DNA of 64,000 nt, taken from Felis catus (taxonomy: Eukaryota). The notes below the pieces were generated by a model, which was given only the letters and a program-made list of their open reading frames with translations, searched no databases and was not told where the DNA came from. This document shows positions 24,016 to 36,943 of the stretch, piece by piece. The position numbers were made by a program, and so were the translations under genes. The stretch lies in NCBI RefSeq assembly GCF_018350175.1, contig NC_058368.1:102612001-102676000 (forward strand), written 5' to 3'. The number at the start of each line of letters is the position of its first letter. Positions within the stretch are counted from its first letter, which is position 1.

Positions 24016-25459
24016 AATACGTTAAGATGGAAAACTTCATTTAGGCTTTCAGTTGATTTTTCTTAATCAAAAAAAAAAAAAAATTGTGTGTGGGGTGGGA
24101 CGTAAGTGTGGAAGAGGAAAAAACCCCAAGTATAAAACTGCAAGGGAGACCATGCGTGGGGAGCATTTTGTATATTATCGCGGGATTAGGATATAAGCTC
24201 TCCGATAAGTTTGTAAACCATACGATCGTGTTGCATTTCCCACGGAGGCGGGCAATCTGCAAAGCAGCAGAGCCTTCGAAGTAAAACCTTCTTACTCCCA
24301 CTCCTCATGGGCATGAGTTGGAAATGGTGCTTTTATTAACAGCATAGCCCTGAAGCTCGATCGGGAGACATCCTCGGCCCGCCTCTGCCCCAGCTGATTC
24401 CCCTTATTCCCTATTTCCATTCGTATACTATTCTTCCCTCTTATTAAACTTATTTTTCCCTTGGACTTTCTTGTGCCTTCCCTGTGCCCATTGGTCCTTA
24501 GCCCTTGGTGCACCAAACGCTTAATAGTGTCCCGACTCTTAAACTACATCAAGAAAAGTCACAAAAGGCTCCTCAAAGGATCAGATAGAAATACTGCGCC
24601 TATAAATACTGCACACAACCTCAGAAAACAGCTGGAGAGGCCCTCTAATTGTTCCGAGCCTTTTATTAGAATCCCCAGTGCTGGCTGGAGCGGGTGATTC
24701 TGTTTTGAAACATTCTCAGGTCATTCCTGTTCGCACCAAGATCCCCACTGAGATCCTTCCCCAGAGAGCCACGGAAGCATCAGAAATCACAATGAAATGC
24801 CAAGATTCCACATGACTGTTTTCACGGTGGAAAACAATTTTGCTTCAGTGGGAAACTACGTGCGGTCTGCACCCGGCACACCCTTCCTGTTACCTGATTC
24901 TCGCCTTTCATTGTCTCTGAGCCATTTCACCACTCACCTGTTAACAGGTAACTCAGCGACGCGCAGGTGCATCCCTGGCTGGTAGAGGTTCACTTGATTT
25001 CCCCCCAACTGCCCCTGGGAAAAACCAGTTTTGAGCCATTTGCATGCTCATTTCAATATTCCAGGTCTATAAACGCCTCTCTTCGGATTCTCTTCAGGTG
25101 GTTGTCACATCTGTTGGGTCCTTCCTTGATTAATGAGCAGAAGCAGACCCTTAACATGTATATGTTTTTATATCTCAGAGGGTCATGATGTTACCCTTTT
25201 TTGAAAGTTATGTTTTAACACCATTCTCCCCATCCTTCCCGCCTCATTCTTTCCCTCCCTCGGATGGTTCCTTCTTTTTACGGGGAGGGTGATTGGGATT
25301 TCTGAATTCAGCATTTGATGGGCACATATATTTTCATGGGCACAGTGGGCCACAGTTGGGATGTATTAGGTTCATCTAGTCCCCTCCATTACTGGAACGA
25401 AGTGAACCGAAGCCCAGAAAAAATGGAGACTATTTTCAAGGTCTTTTTTTTTTTTTTTT

Positions 25460-25535
25460 TTTTCAAGTAGTAACAGAATGGAATTTGAACCCAAGTGTGG
25501 CTAATTCCAGACTTCAAAGCCTTTATTACTACAGA
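25460..25535 (-). mobile_element. MIR fragment
   Basis: agtagtaacagaatggaatttgaacccaagtgtggctaattccagac. Confidence 0.55.
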
Positions 25536-26689
25536 AAATCTATTCTTCCTCAAGGGGTGGGGGTGGGGGGATGAAAACACAAACCTGAAAGTTCCCCTAA
25601 GACTTTAATGAGAGTCGGAATGTAAAGCCGCTGTAACACCGTGCCTCACGCATACAGGCCCTCAGTGAAAAAAACAAGAATGACAAAGGAAAGGGTGCCA
25701 TTTCTGTGTCGGGTTGGTCAACCAATCTCACTGATGCATACAGACCCTTCACACGTCACTTATTTTCCAACAATGCTTGGGCACATAATAAACACTCAAT
25801 AAAACCCCGGTGACTAGAACTAGGAGCCATGCAAAGGCACCCCGGCTGATCTGAAACAACGCCTCCCTGAACTGTAGAACTTCAAGATGACGGCAGGTTG
25901 TTTTCATCCCGAGTTGCTCTCTAATCCATGCGTTAACCATAAATTCTAAAAGAATCCAACCAGACTTGTCATGAATAATTTACACTCTAGAGCCATTGTT
26001 GTAACTCAATATCCCGACCTACTTTTTCTAGAAAATCACTTCACATTCCTGTTCGCACAGGAGTATTGTCATAAACCCTTGCGGGTGCGGGACAGCCTAT
26101 TTTAGGAAATTGGTAGCTGCACTTACATTGGTTACTGCTTCCTTCCTCAGCAAAACTTCCCAGGTGGACCTTCAGTTCAAGCAGATGACGCGGGGCCACA
26201 TTCGCAAAGGCGCTCTAAAGCATAGATGCCGGAGAGCTCTTTAGACTGCGTGCTAACAATATTTTTATATACTCTGTTTCCACCCCCCACCCCCCAGCTG
26301 TTTCCTTTGCTGCCTGAGCTGTCTGGCCATGTCTGAACTGCAGCTGATGAAGCCTTTTCTGGCAAGTTGCCCGGGGAGCAGCTCTCCTGTAGATTCCGCC
26401 TCTCTCCAGGAGTTGCCTGCCTTCGGTATAATGGGCAGCATTGAAAGCTGCGAGGCGGTCGGTCCACAAGGTCAGAGTGCCTTTCATTCCTGCAATAATC
26501 AACCAGTGTAGCTCTTCCTCAGACCTGGGGAGAGAGAAGATAGAGGTCAAAAGAGCAATTACATTTCACATTGACTCCAGAAAAGGCTTGGATCACAAGA
26601 CTGAAAAGAAAAACGGATTCTAGCCTCCTTCGTATCCATTCCCTTTCTGGTCCTCTTTGTTATTAACACCGGCCCGAAACCATAACAAG

Positions 26690-27245
26690 TTTTAGCTTGA
26701 TGACGTGAAAAGCGCATTTTCCGCCTGCAGATGAGATCTTTCTTCGTAGACATTTAGCACTGTCAGCAGATTGCAAAAGAATGCAAATGGGACTGCAGGG
26801 TCTATAACCAGAGACAGTAAGCAAAGGCCATTAATTATGTTTTTAAAAAATGTTAACCCTCGCAGACGGGAGAACAAGCAATTGTGCTCATTTCAATCTG
26901 TAATCAGTCCCTACATTAGCATAACTTTATTTATTTAGCATTAAGGCAACAATTTAGAGAATATAATTTAGTTGGAAATGTCAGTAATTTTGCAGCGGCA
27001 GATTGTTGTGACAAAGCTACCTCTGTTTGACCTTACAGCTGCCAGGACTAATTACTTTAATTGCATTAATTGCACTGACCATTCTGGTGCTCGGCGCAGC
27101 GGCTGTGACTCTAACCACTGAGCCAATCAACCTGGCTGAATTCTCAGTAAAACGGGCTGTTTCCTTATAAATCGCCTTTGATTCTTTGCTGCATTTCGAG
27201 AACCCAGATAATCCACCGATTATCAGGGCTGGTACTGGGATCAAG
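26690..27245. promoter_or_regulatory. Candidate conserved non-coding element / developmental enhancer
   Basis: Repeat-free and complex; dense TAAT/ATTA, TGTCA, AACAAT, CTTTGAT, CCAAT and TATAAA motifs. Conservation is inferred, not measured. Confidence 0.5.
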
Positions 27246-27914
27246 AATTTTGAGGAAAGTCCTTGAAGGAAAAAAAAATATTTTTTCTATTTCCTACGCG
27301 ATCCTTATCGCTCACGGCCGACTCGATGAGAAAGTAATGCCACCAGTTCACTAATGACCACGGAGTGTTTTCAAAAATGCTCGTGGCGGTTTGATAGTCA
27401 ACTCACAATCCCTTGTTTCACATTTTGGAATGCAGTGCTTTTTAAAAGTCTGTTTGTTTCAAGGTTTGTTTTCACCTTGTTGAGCGAATGAATATGCACT
27501 GTTCGCTGGGATTTGACTCAACACAAGGAGAAAGACACAGCGAGGCCCTAGGTTAAGACCTGTGGTCTTATGAACCTGAAAAAGATATTTTCTCCTGATA
27601 AGGAAGCCCCTACAAGACCTTTAATGAATAATTTGCTACCGGGAACGCGTCTCAGCTGAAATGAAGATCTCACATGAAACCAGGGAATCAGAAAGTCACA
27701 AAGTTTACCTATCGTCCAATCCAATGCCCAACCAAGGCAGGTGTCTGCTCCTCCTTGTTTCTTCCGGATGATCATCTCATCTCTGGCTGAACACTTCGGG
27801 CTCTTTTTCTCAGATAACTCGGATTACCTTGTTCTACAATTTGGATTGGGAAAACATTCTATGACATAATGCTACAAACCTATCTGTTTTCTTATAACTT
27901 TTATTCACCAGGTG

Positions 27915-28150
27915 CTAATACGTATTGAATGACTGCTGTGTTCCAGGCACTGTTATTATAGACCCGTGACCTGCGTTTATACATTCATCTCATGCGGCCA
28001 GCAGTGCTGTGCAATATGTATCACAAAATGTTGCAGTTAGTTGCTAAACGGACCACATAAACACAGGACTTAACGGAAATCAATGGAATTCATGGCGGAG
28101 CCTGGATTCAAATCCAGGTATTTGGGTCTGGAGCCCCTGAGCTTGATCCG
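27915..28150 (-). mobile_element. MIR fragment
   Basis: tattgaatgactgctgtgttccaggcactgtt...tggcggagcctggattcaaatccagg. Confidence 0.6.
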
Positions 28151-28459
28151 GATGCTTGACTGCCTCAGTATGAGATCAAATTCCCCCTCCATAGAGGAAG
28201 GGTTCATAGATCTGATAACGCAGCTCTCCTTCTGTGTCAGTGACTCCTACCTAGCTGCCTCTGGCTTCTCACCTGGCAGAGCTTCCCTGTGGCAACATTT
28301 CTCTGGAGAGTGAGGCACCCTGATCCCAAGAAAGACTTAGCACTCCCAGGGTGTGCAGTACTTAAGGCTAAGTTCTACTTTTCCGCAAGCGTTTAGCCCG
28401 CATATCATGTCCTCGGGGAAGTTTTCTTGATCTCTGGTTTACCTTAGGAGGTCTTCTTC

Positions 28460-28660
28460 TTATTGTTATTTAAATGATTATTTATTTTTGAGAGGGGGGA
28501 GGGGCAGAGAGAGAGGGGGACCAAAGATCGGAAGTGGGGCTCTGTGCTGACAGCAGACAGCCCAACTGGGGGCTCGAACTCACGAACCACAAAATCATGA
28601 CCTAAGCTGAAGTCGGACACTTAACCGGCTGAGCCACCCGGGGTGGGGGGCGGGGGGGCC
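28460..28660 (-). mobile_element. CanSINE with a G-run near its 5' end
   Basis: gggctcgaactcacgaacc...ggctgagccacccgggg. Confidence 0.88.
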
Positions 28661-29266
28661 CTAGGAGCCCTTATTATAAGCTCTGGTGGGACCACAGAGC
28701 TTTCTTTATTAGCATGAACTCCCTGTAATTCAACACTTAAGTAACCCGGATAGCCCGCCTTCAATAGGGAAAGAAGTGGTCCTATTCCTGTTCAACAGTT
28801 GTACCATTCGTGAGGCAATCCCACACAAAGCATGATAAAATTTGCAGACCTCTCCATGCCTTCAGGTTTGAGCTGTGTATTCCAATCACATGGTGTCCCC
28901 AGGAAGAGGTCTATGAATGGCTTTCTTCGTTTTCTTTGCCCCACCGCGCTCTCAGCCCCTTATCGCATGTGGAGCCCTTGTTGTGAACTTTCTGACGGAT
29001 AATAAACCCTTTGGACCTAGACTTTATCTTTCCTTCCGTGGCTGCTTTATATATCCAGCTATTTTCTGGAACGTAACCCGTGACTCTGGCCAACCTGGAT
29101 TCTCGCTGTGTGTGACACTTACCCCAAACTTCTGTCTCCATGACTAGGCTCATGCGGTGGCTCTCTGCCCACATCCTTCCCTCCCCCGTCTGCTTTCTGC
29201 TTCCAAAGATGTGCGAAACCCTTCCCTTTTCCACGCCCACCTCAAACAGCACAGGCACATCTTTTT

Positions 29267-29490
29267 ATTAAAAAAAAAATTTTTTTTTTAATGTTTACTT
29301 TTGAGACAGAGAGAGACAGGGCATGAACGGGGGAGGGTCAGAGACAGAGATGGGGACACGAAATCCGAGGCAGGTTCCAGGCTCCGAGCTGTCAGCACAG
29401 AGCCCGACGCGGGGCTCGAACTCACGGACCGCGAGATCATGACCGGAGCGGAAGCCGGACGCTCAACCGACGGAGCCCCCCAGGCGCCCC
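29267..29490 (-). mobile_element. CanSINE
   Basis: Full length; TSD aca(g/t)gcacatctttt. Confidence 0.95.
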
Positions 29491-30379
29491 ACATGCACAT
29501 CTTTTCTAGGACCTTGCTGATGGGCTGTTCCGGCAATTCTATCATCCCTGGCTCTCTCCACTACCTCCTTTCTCTGTCCCCTGGCACGTCTCCTTCGTCA
29601 CCTCGTGTGGTGGCCCGGCTCCTGGATGTCCCCCCTCTGTGGTCCTGCGCCCTGCTGCCGCCCCCCTAGAGAAAGTCACGAAGGCGCTCGCCACCAGCAT
29701 TTACCGCTTTGCATTTTCAGTCCTCGGCGCATCTGCCAGGCGTCTTCCCATGTTGGGTCTGAGGTCATTCTTCCGGCGGAGAAGACAGAGCCCAGCAAGA
29801 GCCGAATAGTTCGATTGGCTCTTTGTCTTGTTGACGTGACGTCACAGTCGCAACACTGTAACCAAGAGTTCCTCGTTCTGATCCTTACACGCTGGTCCAA
29901 GTCATTTTTTCCCTTATCCCTTCCCCCCTCCCGCTCCCCCAGCAAACTTGAGCCTATTTTTCTCACTTCGTCCTCTATGCTACCAGTCTGCCACGTTTGT
30001 GCCTGTGCGTTGCCTTCGTTCTTGGCCGCAAGTTCTTCGATCTTTCCAACAGGCTTTCCAAACTCGCTGCTCGAAGGAGAGCTCTCTCAGCCACCCAGTC
30101 GACTTCTTTTAGTTTCTCTAACATATTCGGCTCCTTACTATGATATAGTTAGAATTTCATTTTCTATCCCTTCTGGACCTATCTCTGCCTCTTGGAAACC
30201 CTGTGGCCGTGGGACCAAACATGCGTATTGTTTCTGAACTTTTTTTAACCTGCTTTTCCACCGTCTAGGATGCCTGTCAGATACTGATGAACTTGCCTGT
30301 CTTTTGCTCATTTGGATGCTAAGATCTCATTTCCTCTCGAGTTTTTCAGCACTTCTTTGTTCTACACGTGCCCTTTCTT

Positions 30380-30600
30380 TTAAAAAAAAATTTTTTTTTT
30401 AACGTTCATTTTACTTTTGAGACAGAGACAGAGCATGAACGGGGGAGGGGCAGAGAGAGAGGGAGACACAGAATCGGAAACAGGCTCCAGGCTCGGAGCC
30501 ATCAGCCCAGAGCCCGACGCCGGGCTCGAACTCACGGACCGTGAGATCGTGACCTGGGCTGAAGTCGGACGCTTAACCGACTGAGCCACCCAGGCGCCCC
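30380..30600 (-). mobile_element. CanSINE
   Basis: 17-bp TSD tacacgtgccctttctt at 30363-30379 and 30601-30617. Confidence 0.97.
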
Positions 30601-30636
30601 TACACGTGCCCTTTCTTGAAGATCAGAATCAAGCGG

Positions 30637-30835
30637 AGATGCTTCAGCTGGTGACGCATCCGCCTTCGGCTCAGGTCATGAGGTCGTGGTTCATGGGATC
30701 CAGCCCTGCAGCGGGCTCTACGCTGACAGTGTGGAGCCTGCTTGGGATTCTCTCCCTCTCCCTCTCTTGCTGCTCCTCTTCCACTTTGACTCACTCTCTC
30801 TCTCGAAAATAAACATTAAAAAAAAAAAAAAAAAA
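30637..30835 (+). mobile_element. CanSINE (older), head-to-head with the previous copy
   Basis: ttcggctcaggtcatgagg...gcctgcttgggattctctc...aataaac A tail. Confidence 0.88.
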
Positions 30836-32930
30836 GAATCCGGTTGAGAGTAACTGTGTCTTCCACATCCAAGCTGAGAATCTACATCTCTTTTTTATCT
30901 GCTGGGTTGAGGACCTCTGTCCCCAGAGGCCAGAGGGGCCCCACTCCCCAAACTACTTGATATAATGGGCGGTCCTCCCAAGCTTTGACTCCTGTGAGCA
31001 GGCACCAGCAAAGAATGCCAGAGGAGTAGAAGGGGAGGCAGCCTCGGGAGAGGTACCCAGCCTCCTTCGCTGGAGGGAAGGCTCCCACGTCAATCGCTTC
31101 CCAAAGTCCTTGACTACTGCCATCATCCTTTGTCCAGAAGGATCGCTCTACAGCTGTAGAGTGAAGACAGCAATGTGGAGGAGGTAAGGGAACTAACATG
31201 GGAGAAATGAAAAACCATGAACCATGGCCGGGGCGATAGGGGACTAGCAACCACTGAGATGCTTTTGTGTGCGGGCAACTCCACACACGGATCACTTATT
31301 CCTTCCAATGCCATTTTGCCACATGAGGCAATGGCGCCTCAGGTACATTGCTGGACTTCTCGAAGTCACGGAACCAGGGAATGCAAAAGCCGGGCCTGAA
31401 TCCTAAAGTTGAGGATGATGTGACAACCAAACCAGGAACTTACAATCCACTGGGCAGCAGATAATCTCAGTTACATGTTTGCAATAGTACCGAATTTACA
31501 AGGGACACATACGTACAAATCAACGCCTAGGACGACCCACCTCCACAGCATACTCATTTTGTTGCACACGACTAATCATTTTCACGGATAGCACTAGAAT
31601 GTAATCAGATGTTCTTTCCTGAAACCGGTAATCATTATTTTAGTATTTTTGCCAGGCAGAGTTTTCTATTTGTTTGCTTTCATTTTGTCTTAGTTTAAAA
31701 ATCTACCGGTGACATTTCGGGGCAAAATGGAGAGACAAACGAAGGGACACCAAAGTGATAGTCATGTAATTTGTGACCCTTAAAGGAACTGGTCTTCTTG
31801 GTACATTACTGTCAGCTAAACATACAAACGTTCTTTGAAAAGTCTGCTTCCAGATGTTAATGGAAGTATTGATTTTCACCTTTTTTTTTTTTAAATAACA
31901 TCTATTTACCGTGCTACCTCCTCACCCCCATTCCGAGCTCTGTTCTCCTGAGTGTCAGCGTCAGAGGCAAGTGCCAAGATCAAGGTGACTAAGCGGGTGT
32001 CAAACCAGTTGCAGAAACAGAGAGAAGACAACTAATGGCATTGGTCTTGCAAGTCAATGGACCCTGTCTCGCCTAATTTCATTATCAATTCACCACAGGA
32101 GCCTGACAGAGTCAGTATGTTAAGTCAAATTCAAAGCCTCAAAAATGAAAAGAGAGGGAAAAAAAAAAATCCAATTCCAGAGTCAGGTGAAAACATCATA
32201 ATTCAGAGAAAATCTTTATTATTGATTTATAGCTGCAAACTCTTGTCCAGAGGTTTCCTCTTTAAATTAAGAATGCTAATGATTTCCCATCCCGAAATTA
32301 ATCCAAAAGTTGCACACGTTTTAAAAAGGCACTAATTGTTGTACTTCAACCTGGGAGTGCCAATGCCTAGCCTGTTCCTTTCAGCAACTGTGGTCGATGA
32401 CGCACCGTGGCTTTCTCGAGAATCATGCTTCCTTCGGAGGCATTCTTGTGTGTGCCAAGGGGCCATAAATTTGAGATGGAATATCCTGTTTATTGAGGCT
32501 CCTATACATGCAACCCAATTGCTCTGTGATAAACAGATCTGCTTCAGACAAAAGGTCCTGCCTAAGTAGTTTGGAGACTTAATTGTCCTGGTGGAAGAGG
32601 ACACACAGTCCCCATGGGCAGATAAGTCAGGCAGTCTGGGGTCTGTGGGAGGCACCAAATCAGTTCCAGAGGAAACCCAAGATAGCCAGAATAGCTACAG
32701 TGACTTAAAACAGATCTGAAACCAGGAAAAAGGAAACAGTTATTTGTGGGGAGGAGGAAACAGATATTAAGAGGAAACTGACACACAGAGATATAGTCAT
32801 GTCGCTACTGAATATTTTCATTTACCCTGGGCAGCGGTATGTAGTTTTGTAAGCCATGTTAAATTATTTAAAAAATAATGTGAGGGTATAAATGAATAAG
32901 TGAAGTCTCCTTAGAACACTTTAAGTTACT

Positions 32931-33148
32931 GGGGCGCCTGGGTGGCTCAGTCGGTTAAGCGTCCGGCTTCAGCTCAGGTCATGATCTCACGGTTTGTGAA
33001 TTTGAGCCGTGCATCAGGGCTCTGTGCTGACAGCATGGAGCCTGGAGCCTGCTTCGGATTCTGTGCCCGCCTCTGCCCCCCCCCCCCCCCCCTGACTCGT
33101 GTTCTGTCTGCCTCTCTCTCAAAAGTAAATAAACATTAAAAAAATATT
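32931..33148 (+). mobile_element. CanSINE
   Basis: ggggcgcctgggtggctcagtcgg head; internal C run. Confidence 0.95.
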
Positions 33149-33149
33149 T

Positions 33150-33364
33150 AAAAAAAAATTTTTTTTAACGTTTATTTATTTTTGGGACAGAGACAGAGCA
33201 TGAACGGGGGAGGGGCAGAGAGAGGGGGAGACACAGAATCGGAAACAGGCTCCAGGCTCCGAGCCATCAGCCCAGAGCTCGACGCGGGGCTCGAACTCAC
33301 GGACCGCGAGATCGTGACCTGGCTGAAGTCGGACGCTTAACCGACTGCGCCACCCAGGCGCCCC
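33150..33364 (-). mobile_element. Young CanSINE inserted antisense in the tail of the previous copy
   Basis: TSD taaaaaaatattt at 33137-33149 and 33365-33377. Confidence 0.96.
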
Positions 33365-33389
33365 TAAAAAAATATTTTTTAAGAACATT

Positions 33390-33613
33390 TTATTTTCTTT
33401 TTTTTTAAATATTTATTTATTTTTGAGAGACAGAGTGAGACAAAGTGATGCTTGGGGGAGGGGCAGAGAGATAGGGAGACACAGGATTGGAAACAGGCTC
33501 CAGGCTCTGAGCTGTCAGCACAAAGCCTGACGCGGGGCTCGAACTCACGAACCACGAGGTCATGACCTGAGCCGAAGTCGGATGCGCAACCGACTGAGCC
33601 ACCCAGGCGAGCC
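33390..33613 (-). mobile_element. CanSINE
   Basis: T tail to gagccacccaggcg. Confidence 0.94.
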
Positions 33614-34133
33614 TAACTTATTTTCTTAAAACAACCACCAGAGATTCAGAAACTTTCTCCATGTTGCCTAATAGAAAAAAAAAAAAAAAGAAAGAGGGGC
33701 TGATATTCCTACTTAATCATCCACCTGTTTTTGCTAAATTGATTGTATCAAAATATTGGAGTCCCTTTGCAGCTACCTCAGAATTTGCCTTGAGGATAAG
33801 TTTACAGTTTTGATTGGTGCTTCCATTGGAGAGACTTTAATGTTAAAAGCATGCCTTCCACAGCCTTCTGTTTGTGTACCTATTAAGGTACCTTTGTGTC
33901 TGTTTTGTGATTAGTCATTCATATGTTGTCTTTCCCATCAGATTGAATTCTTGGTAGGATCGCAATGTCCTCAGCACCCGAAAGGGCCCTAACAGAGACA
34001 CCACAATGTAGACCCTATCTGGGATTAATATTAAATAGTACAATATAACTAATTTGCAGGATAGTTACAAGGATTAAACCAGAAAACATAAAAAGGTCCA
34101 CCATATGTCTGAATCACAATAGGAACTCAGCAT

Positions 34134-34203
34134 TAAAAAAAATTTTTTTTTAATGTTTATTTCTTTTTGAGAGAGAGACAGAAATCACAAGCTGGGGAGG
34201 GAC

Positions 34204-34234
<31 letters not shown>

Positions 34235-34368
34235 CACAGAATCCGAAGCAGGCTCCAGGCTCTGAGCTGTCAGCACAGAGCCCGAGGCGAGGCTTGAACT
34301 TACAAACTGCGAGATCATGACCTGAGCTGAACTCTGACGCTCAACTGACGGAGCCGCCCAGGTGCCCC
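34134..34368 (-). mobile_element. CanSINE
   Basis: (GA)n expansion; ends ccaggtgcccc. Confidence 0.93.
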
Positions 34369-34767
34369 AGAACTTGACATGTTAATTCTCTGCTCCCTTC
34401 TCTGAATGAAAGGGGGACAAAAAAGTTCGTCAATTTTTAAAGCACTGTAGAATGCTAAATATCAAATTTCATTTAATAAAAAATATGTATGCTGCAGAAC
34501 TCGATTCGGTCGTAACGATATCCTATGTTGCGTATTTAGACATTCAAGGCATAGGTGGATGAATGGGAGCAGAAAAAAACAAAAAAGAGAGAAACACAAA
34601 ATTTGGCTTCCTTCCTGTCAATAACTCAGGAAGGGGAAGTAGCCTAAGGAAGATGTTGGTCTCTTCTACCTTCTCTTCTCAGTTCCTGAAACTAATCTGA
34701 ATCTTTTGTCCTTCGTGGGTGAACTCCCAGGCCCTAGGTGCAGGCTAACTTTAAGAGAGCTGTGGGA

Positions 34768-34899
34768 GGGGTGCCTGGGTGGCTCAGTTGGTGAAGTGTT
34801 CAACTCTTGATTTGGGCTCGGGTCGGGAACTCACGGTTCGGGACTTTAAGCCCCACGTGGGCTCTCCCCCTCTCATTCTCTCTGCCCCTCCCCGGCTTG

Positions 34900-34930
<31 letters not shown>

Positions 34931-34950
34931 AAAATAAACAAATAAAAAAC
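34768..34950 (+). mobile_element. CanSINE with an internal deletion
   Basis: Head joins directly to (CT)n; TSD agagagctgtggga. Confidence 0.88.
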
Positions 34951-35785
34951 AACACAAAACAGAGAGCTGTGGGAAATTTGGTACCAGTGGCCCCAGTCAG
35001 TGTCCCCTCAGACGGAGTCACTCAGTATACGGCACACATTTCACCATTAATGATACGTACGCCTAGAGATTCATCAGGCAATTTACACGCAGGTTAAAAA
35101 GTATCCGGGGTAACGTACATACAGGTGAAAGAGAGTAATTGGTTGGGCCACGAGCGGTCTGGACTATTCTTGTGAAAATGACCACTTGGCTACACTGAAT
35201 TTCCATCGGTGGGTGACTTCCATCGGACTAGAAGTAACTACAAAAGATGAACAAAACATGTCCTTTTCTGAAAAAACGTCTCCCGTTTTAATGACGTCTA
35301 AACCCATCTCTCTCCACCAACCTTCTAGCTCTTTAAATTGCTAGCGGGAAGGGGCTTAAAACAACCTGTCAGTGATTCCTGCTTCTTAGGGTTGTAATTC
35401 AAAGGGGAGCGGAGCCTCTGATCAATTAGAATAGATTTCTGGAACGAACACGAACAAGGAGATTGTCTCACACTGGTCTCCGTGTGTCACTGACACACAT
35501 GGGTCCCTGGGCCGATGGGAACAACACAGAGGGGATTGTACAGGCAAGAGATTCCTCCGCTTGCTTTCTCAAAAGAAAGCCGAACAGCCTTCCGTGCAAC
35601 TCTCCTTTTCGGTATCTGTCAACAAAACTCCCTGGTCATCTACATTTTCTCGTCGGAAGAAATGGGCTGGATTTGACATTTTGTGGTCTGTGCACAAACC
35701 AGAAAAGAAATGAATCCGAGAATTTGAGGCAGGCACGAGCACTGACCTCACAAGGCAATCTGCTCCATTATGACTCTGGAAAACA

Positions 35786-35880
35786 AAAAGAAAGAAAGAA
35801 AGAAAGAAAGAAGGAAGGAAGGAAGGAAGGAAGGAAGGAAGGAAGGAAGGAAGAAAGGAAGGAAGGAAGAAAGAAAGGGA
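35786..35880. repeat. Compound (GAAA)n(GGAA)n tetranucleotide microsatellite
   Basis: Direct reading. Confidence 0.93.
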
Positions 35881-36254
35881 AAAAAATTCTAAACACTTTT
35901 GGTCTCTGGAGTATTCAATGCAAAGCTTAATATTTGACCATATACATGAATAGTACTCAGCTCTGGATGCACTTTAGAAACATCGGAAGCATAAAAAACG
36001 TAAGGAGAGGAAGAGAATAAAACACCCACGTCAAAGAGGATGAAATACACTTGACAGAAAAAAAAAAATTCGAGCCACATAAAACAATACGCAGTGAAAA
36101 AATGTTCTCTTCCATCTCAGCCTTCGGTTTCCCAGTCTCTAATTCCCTCTTGTCTGGGATTAAAAAATATATACGTATCCACTCCTTATCTCATACCTCT
36201 CATACAGGTGATTCCAAGAGATCCTATACTTTGTCACATTAAGAACCACCGATT

Positions 36255-36481
36255 GGGCCACCTGGGTGGCTCAGTCGGTTAAGTAACTGACTTTGGGTCA
36301 GGTCTTGATCTCAAGGTTTGTGAGTTCAAGCCCGGCGTTGGGCTCTGTGCTGACAGCTCGGAGCCTGGAGCCTGCTTTGGATTCTGTGTCTCCCTCTCTC
36401 TCTGCACCCTCCTCCACTCATGCTCTCTCTCTTTCTCTTGCTAAAAAATAAATTAAAATATGAAAAAGAGGTTTTAAAAAA
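36255..36481 (+). mobile_element. CanSINE
   Basis: TSD aagaaccaccgat at 36241-36253 and 36482-36494. Confidence 0.94.
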
Positions 36482-36499
36482 AAGAACCACCGATCTTTT

Positions 36500-36680
36500 G
36501 GGGTACCTGAGTTGCTCAGTTGGTTAAGCGTCCTACTCTTGGTTTCAGCTCAGGTCATGATCTCACCGTTTGTGACTTCTGGCCCCGTATCAGGCTCTGC
36601 GCTGAGAGCACGGAGCTTGCTCGAGATTCTCTCTCCTTCTCTCTGCCCCTCCCCTGCTCTCTCTGTCTCAAAATAAATAT
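36500..36680 (+). mobile_element. CanSINE (older); tail continues at about 36905-36930
   Basis: ggggtacctgagttgctcag...gattctctctcc. Confidence 0.88.
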
Positions 36681-36905
36681 GGGGTGCCTGGGTGGCGCAG
36701 TCGGTTAAGCGTCCGACTTCAGCCAGGTCACGATCTCGCGGTCTGTGAGTTCAAGCCCCGCGTCGGGCTCTGGGCTGATGGCTCAGAGCCTGGAGCCTGC
36801 TTCCGATTCTGTGTCTCCCTCTCTCTCTGCCCCTCCCCCGTTCATGCTCTGTCTCTCTCTGTCCCAAAAATAAATAAACGTTGAAAAAAAAAATTAAAAA
36901 AAAAA
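36681..36905 (+). mobile_element. Young CanSINE in the tail of the previous copy
   Basis: gtggcgcagtcgg...cttcagccaggtcacg. Confidence 0.96.
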
Positions 36906-36943
36906 TAAATAAATAAACTTGAAAAAAAAAAGGACCACTGATC

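Noticed and set aside
29605..30237. Longest ORF in the track (210 aa)
   Set aside because: GTG start, Ser/Pro/Leu low-complexity composition from pyrimidine-rich DNA, no recognisable domain or exon structure
35463..35930. 155-aa ORF with a KEGR repeat
   Set aside because: TTG start; the charged repeat is the translation of a (GAAA)/(GGAA) microsatellite
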